Source of the DNA: Gemmatimonadales bacterium
Lineage (GTDB): Bacteria; Gemmatimonadota; Gemmatimonadetes; Gemmatimonadales; GWC2-71-9
DNA length: 29,726 nucleotides
Direction of reading: 5' to 3'
Assembly (NCBI GenBank): GCA_039794085.1
Contig: JBDIWC010000046.1
Span: 1-29,726 of the forward strand
Below the pieces are notes generated by a model that made no database searches, was not told the DNA's origin, and saw only the letters and a program-made list of their open reading frames with translations. Both the position numbers and the translations under genes were made by a program. Positions 25,949-29,726 of this stretch are shown one piece after another (position 1 is the first letter of the stretch; each line of letters begins with the position of its first letter).

Positions 25949-27243
25949 GCCAGCAGGGTCCACAGCGCGGCCGCCGTGCGCCAGCAGTCGGCAAGGGTGT
26001 TGTACAGGGGGACGGGGGCCATCCGAATCACGTCGGGTTTCCGCAGATCGGGCAGCACTCCCCTCGCCCGCAATCCCTCGAACACCGCGGAGGCGCCCCC
26101 CGGGATCCGGAGCGACAGTTGGCAACCCCGGCGCTCGGGATCGGAGGGGGTGAGAAGTTGGCAGCGAGCCGAGAGCAGACCCCTCACCAGATGTTCCAGC
26201 GCCCCGGTGAGGCGCACCGAGCGGTCCCGGAGTGCCAGAATCCCCACCTCATCGAACAGCGCGAGGGAAGCGCGGAGCGGCGCCAGGGCAAGCACCGGCG
26301 GATTGCTCAGCTGCCAGCCGTCGGCCCCGGGCACGGGCACGAACCGGTTCGGCATGTCGAAGCGCGTGGCGGGATCGTTGCCCCACCAGCCGGCGAACCG
26401 CGGCAATGCGTCCGGGCCTGCGTGGCACCGATGCACGAAACACCCTCCGACCGCTCCGGGCCCCGCATTGAGGTACTTGTACGAACACCAGACGGCGAAA
26501 TCCACACCCCACTCGTGGAGGGCGAGGGGAACGTTCCCCACCGCATGGGCCAGGTCCACTCCCATCACCGCACCGGCCGCATGCGCCGCCCGGGTGATGG
26601 CCGCAAGATCGAGGCACTCGCCCGTCACGAAATGCACCCCGCCGAGAAGCACCAGAGCGATCTCGGCAGCATCGTCACGGGCCAGGCGGGCCTCGATGTC
26701 CTCGGTGCGCAGGGTGTCCTCCCCGGCTCGGGGCTCCAGGAGCTCGACCACGTCGTCCGGATCCTCCCCCCGGGACGCCACATGGGACGATACCGCGTAG
26801 CGATCGCTCGGGAAGGCCCCCCTCTCCATGAGAATCCGGCGACGTCGACCCTGCGGACGCCAGAAGGACACGAGCATCAGGTGGAGATTCACGGTGAGGG
26901 AATTCATCGCCACCACCTCGCCGGACTCAGCGCCCACGATCCGGGCCAGGCCGTCCCGCACCAGCTCGTGGTAGGCATACCACGGCGCGTCGCCGGTGAG
27001 GTGTCCCTCGACCCCGCGCGTCGCCCATGCCTCACACTCTCGGGCCAGCAGGTCGGGCACCGTTCTCGGCATGCAGCCGAGCGAGTTGCCGCAGAGGTAC
27101 ACCTCGGCGCTCCCGTCCTCACGAACCGGGATGGCGAATCGGTCCCGATACACACTCAGCGGATCTCCGGCATCGAGTTCCGCGGCGTGCGACAGGCTCG
27201 TCAGCCGGGGAACCTCGACGGCGGCGACAGGATAGTCAGCCAT
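25945..27243 (-). CDS. kynU: Kynureninase
   Basis: 'YLCGNSLG', 'MNSLTVNLH', 'AFPSDRY', 'DLAHAVGN', PLP lysine 'WCSYKYLNAGPG'; start 27243. Confidence 0.96.
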   Translation of the reverse strand: MADYPVAAVEVPRLTSLSHAAELDAGDPLSVYRDRFAIPVREDGSAEVYLCGNSLGCMPRTVPDLLARECEAWATRGVEGHLTGDAPWYAYHELVRDGLARIVGAESGEVVAMNSLTVNLHLMLVSFWRPQGRRRRILMERGAFPSDRYAVSSHVASRGEDPDDVVELLEPRAGEDTLRTEDIEARLARDDAAEIALVLLGGVHFVTGECLDLAAITRAAHAAGAVMGVDLAHAVGNVPLALHEWGVDFAVWCSYKYLNAGPGAVGGCFVHRCHAGPDALPRFAGWWGNDPATRFDMPNRFVPVPGADGWQLSNPPVLALAPLRASLALFDEVGILALRDRSVRLTGALEHLVRGLLSARCQLLTPSDPERRGCQLSLRIPGGASAVFEGLRARGVLPDLRKPDVIRMAPVPLYNTLADCWRTAAALWTLLA

Positions 27244-28282
27244 GGCCCAACCCCTCATCCGACCGGTTCAGGAACTCCAGGGCCGTGCCGCCGAGGAGGC
27301 GGGCTCGTGTGGCGTCGGAGAGGTCTCCCAGGGCGTCGATGGTCTTGCCGGGGGGGATCTCTCCGAGCGGGAAGGGATAGTCGGATCCCAGGGCGACCCG
27401 GTCGGCGCCGACCAGGTCGAGCAGGGTCCGGAGGGCTCCGGGATCGTGCACCAGGGAGTCGAGATAGAAGCGGCCGAGCGACTCCCGGGGGGAATGTGGT
27501 GTCTGGGTGGCTACCAGGTCGGGCCGGCACTCGTACCCCCGCTGGAGGCGCCCGATAGTACCGGGGAACGACCCTCCCCCGTGGGCAAACCCGATCCGGA
27601 GCCGGGGCAGCCGGTCGAGCACCCCGCCGAACAGGATCGAGGCGATGGCAAGGCAGGTTTCGGCCGGCATCCCCACGAGCCAGGGGAGCCAGTGGCGGGG
27701 CATCCGCTCCCGGCCCAACATCTCCCAGGGGTGGACGAACACCGCCGCCCCGAGTTCCTCCGCGCAGGCGAAGATCTCGAAGAGTTCCGGCTCGTCGAGG
27801 TTCCGGCCGTTCACGTTGGAGCCGATCTGGATGCCGGAGAGCCCGAGCTCCCGCATGCATCGGGTCAGTTCGCGGGTGGCGAGATCGGGGGCCTGCATCG
27901 GCACGGTCCCGAGCCCGAGGAACCGGCGAGGATGGGCCTGGATCACGCCGGAGAGATGGTCATTCAACAGGCGGGACACCTCGAGGCCGTCGGCGGGCCG
28001 GGCCCAGTAGCTGAACATGACGGGTACGGTGGAGAGCACCTGGACATCGACCCGGTCTCGGTCACAGTCCGCCAACCGGCGAGCCGGGTTCCAGCAGGCG
28101 TCGTCGATTTCCCGGAAGAGCGTGTCACCGATCATCATCCTCGCCCGGCATGTGGCACCCGGCAGATGTTCCAGACGGATCCACCCCGGATACCCGAACC
28201 GCGCCTCGAGGTCGGGCCACGATTCGGGGAGGATGTGGGTGTGCAGGTCGACGCGGAGGGCCGTGGGTGGCCGATCGTCCAT
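27236..28282 (-). CDS. 2-amino-3-carboxymuconate-6-semialdehyde decarboxylase (ACMSD, amidohydrolase)
   Basis: 'DLHTHILP', 'LSTVPVMFSYW', 'FVHPW', 'WLVGMPAET', 'AHGGGSFP', 'LGSDYPF'; start 28282. Confidence 0.92.
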   Translation of the reverse strand: MDDRPPTALRVDLHTHILPESWPDLEARFGYPGWIRLEHLPGATCRARMMIGDTLFREIDDACWNPARRLADCDRDRVDVQVLSTVPVMFSYWARPADGLEVSRLLNDHLSGVIQAHPRRFLGLGTVPMQAPDLATRELTRCMRELGLSGIQIGSNVNGRNLDEPELFEIFACAEELGAAVFVHPWEMLGRERMPRHWLPWLVGMPAETCLAIASILFGGVLDRLPRLRIGFAHGGGSFPGTIGRLQRGYECRPDLVATQTPHSPRESLGRFYLDSLVHDPGALRTLLDLVGADRVALGSDYPFPLGEIPPGKTIDALGDLSDATRARLLGGTALEFLNRSDEGLGHG

Positions 28283-28293
28283 GGAGGCGGGGC

Positions 28294-28836
28294 CTACTTT
28301 CCGGTGCCCGGCGCAGGGGAGGGGGTGGGGGGGGCCGACATGACCGCGCCGCAGGAGTGGCAGGTGCGCTTGGTTTCGTCGCCGTGGAAATCCTGGATGA
28401 TCGGCTTGAGCTGTTTGCCGAGGTCGACCAGCTGGAACTCGGCGTCGTGCAGGACATCGCCGCACTGTTCGCAGTACCAGCGGAGATGATCCCGCTCGGT
28501 TTCCGCCCGGCGGCGTTCGATCACAAGGCCCACGGTGTTGGCCGGTCGCTGCGGGGAGTGGGGGATGCCGGCCGGGAGGAGGAACATCTCTCCCTCGCGA
28601 ATCGGGATGTCGCGGGGAGTGCCGTTCTCCATGATGCGGAGGGTGATGTCGCCCTCGATCTGGTAGAAAAACTCCTCGCCATCCTCCACATGGAAGTCCT
28701 TCCGCTGGTTCGGTCCTCCGACGACCATAACCAGGAATTCGCTGTCCTGCCACACCATCTTGTTCCCGACCGGGGGTTTGAGGAGGTCACGGTGTTGGTC
28801 GACCCACTGTGTCAGGTTGATGGGCATCAGGGACAT
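28294..28836 (-). CDS. nbaC: 3-hydroxyanthranilate 3,4-dioxygenase
   Basis: 'LKPPVGNK', 'VGGPNQRKDFH', 'EEFFYQ', 'PHSPQR', and two CxxC (CEQC, CHSC) for the rubredoxin-like site; RBS GGAGGT; start 28836. Confidence 0.95.
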   Translation of the reverse strand: MSLMPINLTQWVDQHRDLLKPPVGNKMVWQDSEFLVMVVGGPNQRKDFHVEDGEEFFYQIEGDITLRIMENGTPRDIPIREGEMFLLPAGIPHSPQRPANTVGLVIERRRAETERDHLRWYCEQCGDVLHDAEFQLVDLGKQLKPIIQDFHGDETKRTCHSCGAVMSAPPTPSPAPGTGK

Positions 28837-29012
28837 GGCGACCTCCGGGGAAAAGGGGACGGCTGAGCCATCGTGAAACGGGACGGAACCGCTCCGGGAT
28901 TTCGAATCTACACCAGCCAAGGTCCTGGGGTCAGGTCCTTCCCGGCGGGATCTCCCGCACTCCGGTGGGTGACTTGCTCCACGTCTCGCGTGCGGAGATC
29001 AGGGCGGAGATC

Positions 29013-29726
29013 GGGGGGCCCTCATCCTGCCGAGGCCCGGCGGTCCGGGATCGGGAAGGTGGTGAAGGATTCACCACAGAGAACACGGAGGTCGCGGAGG
29101 GTCTCCGTGTGATTACCGTCGCTCCACGCCTCGCGCGCCAACATTCGCATTTGTTGTTGGGGGGGTGGAAGGGCCCCCCACCCTGCCGAGACCCGCCACG
29201 CGAGATCGTGAACCTGTCGTGGGAGCCGCCAACCCTCTGTGCCCTCCGTGTTCTCTGTGGTTCAAACCGGGGAGAGGGGGGTGCGCACAAAGACCCGGTC
29301 TTGGTGTTGGGGGGGTGGAAGGCCCCTCATCCTGCCGATGCCCCGGGGGTCCGGGATCGGGAAGGTGGGAAGGATTCACCACAGAGAACACGGAGGACAC
29401 GGAGGGTCTCCGTGTGATTTCCGTCGCTCCACGCTTTGGGCGCTGGGATCAGGAGCTTTTTTGTGGGGGGTGGACGGGCCCCCATCCTGCCAAGGCCCAC
29501 CACGCGAGATCGGGAACCTGTCGTGGGAGCCGTGAACCCTCTGTGTCCTCCGTGTTCTCCGTGGTTCAAACCGGGGAGAGGGGGGTGCGCACAAAGACAC
29601 GGTCTTGGTGTTGGGGGGGTGGAAGGCCCCTCATCCTGCCGATGCCCCGGGGGTCCGGGATCGGGAAGGTGGGAAGGATTCACCACAGAGAACACGGAGG
29701 ACACGGAGGGTCTCCGTGTGATTTCC
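29013..29726. repeat. Tandem array with ~305-bp period (at least 2.3 copies, runs off the window)
   Basis: CTCATCCTGCC anchor at 29021, 29326, 29630. Each complete unit has an inverted 29-bp pair (29073-29101/29233-29261; 29378-29406/29537-29565); next left arm at 29682-29710. Confidence 0.93.

Noticed and set aside
231..28489. Long plus-strand ORFs antisense to real genes (e.g. 231..1556, 3035..4714, 7072..8763, 8760..10424, 11110..13602, 15025..16719, 24914..26800, 27242..28489)
   Set aside because: Shadow ORFs typical of high-GC DNA; the opposite strand carries recognisable family motifs.
27236..28753. HAAO-ACMSD fusion suggested by the 505-aa ORF
   Set aside because: The extension is in a different frame from nbaC, which has its own stop at 28294; ACMSD motifs begin after ATG 28282.
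29013..29726. CRISPR array or repeat-protein gene
   Set aside because: The motif alternates orientation, inter-repeat DNA is homologous rather than unique, and the ORFs are short with no coherent protein signal.

Overview
High-GC bacterial window, most consistent with Gemmatimonadota (inferred from gene types and style, not verified). Left to right: the first 8 codons (MPNITIGL) of a probable IS110-family transposase running off the left edge, with a structured upstream non-coding region; three exported proteins; an APC amino-acid permease; a tonB gene and a tonB-exbB-exbD-exbD cluster; a PAS kinase / OmpR-type regulator / HAMP kinase set; peroxiredoxin, Mn-SOD, a membrane protein and an M19 dipeptidase. 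A ~1 kb mosaic repeat array with two perfect Rex-type palindromes follows. Next is a complete tryptophan-kynurenine-3-hydroxyanthranilate-2-aminomuconate catabolic gene set in two convergent operons (SDR, ALDH, RidA, kynB on +; nbaC, ACMSD, kynU, kmo, kynA on -), separated by a repeat-bracketed frameshifted lipoprotein gene. A second mosaic repeat array runs off the right edge. Intergenic DNA is unusually rich in 7-10-mer tandem repeats, REP-like palindromes and inward-facing inverted repeats. No CRISPR array, rRNA or tRNA was recognised. All protein calls come from motif recognition only; no database searches were run.
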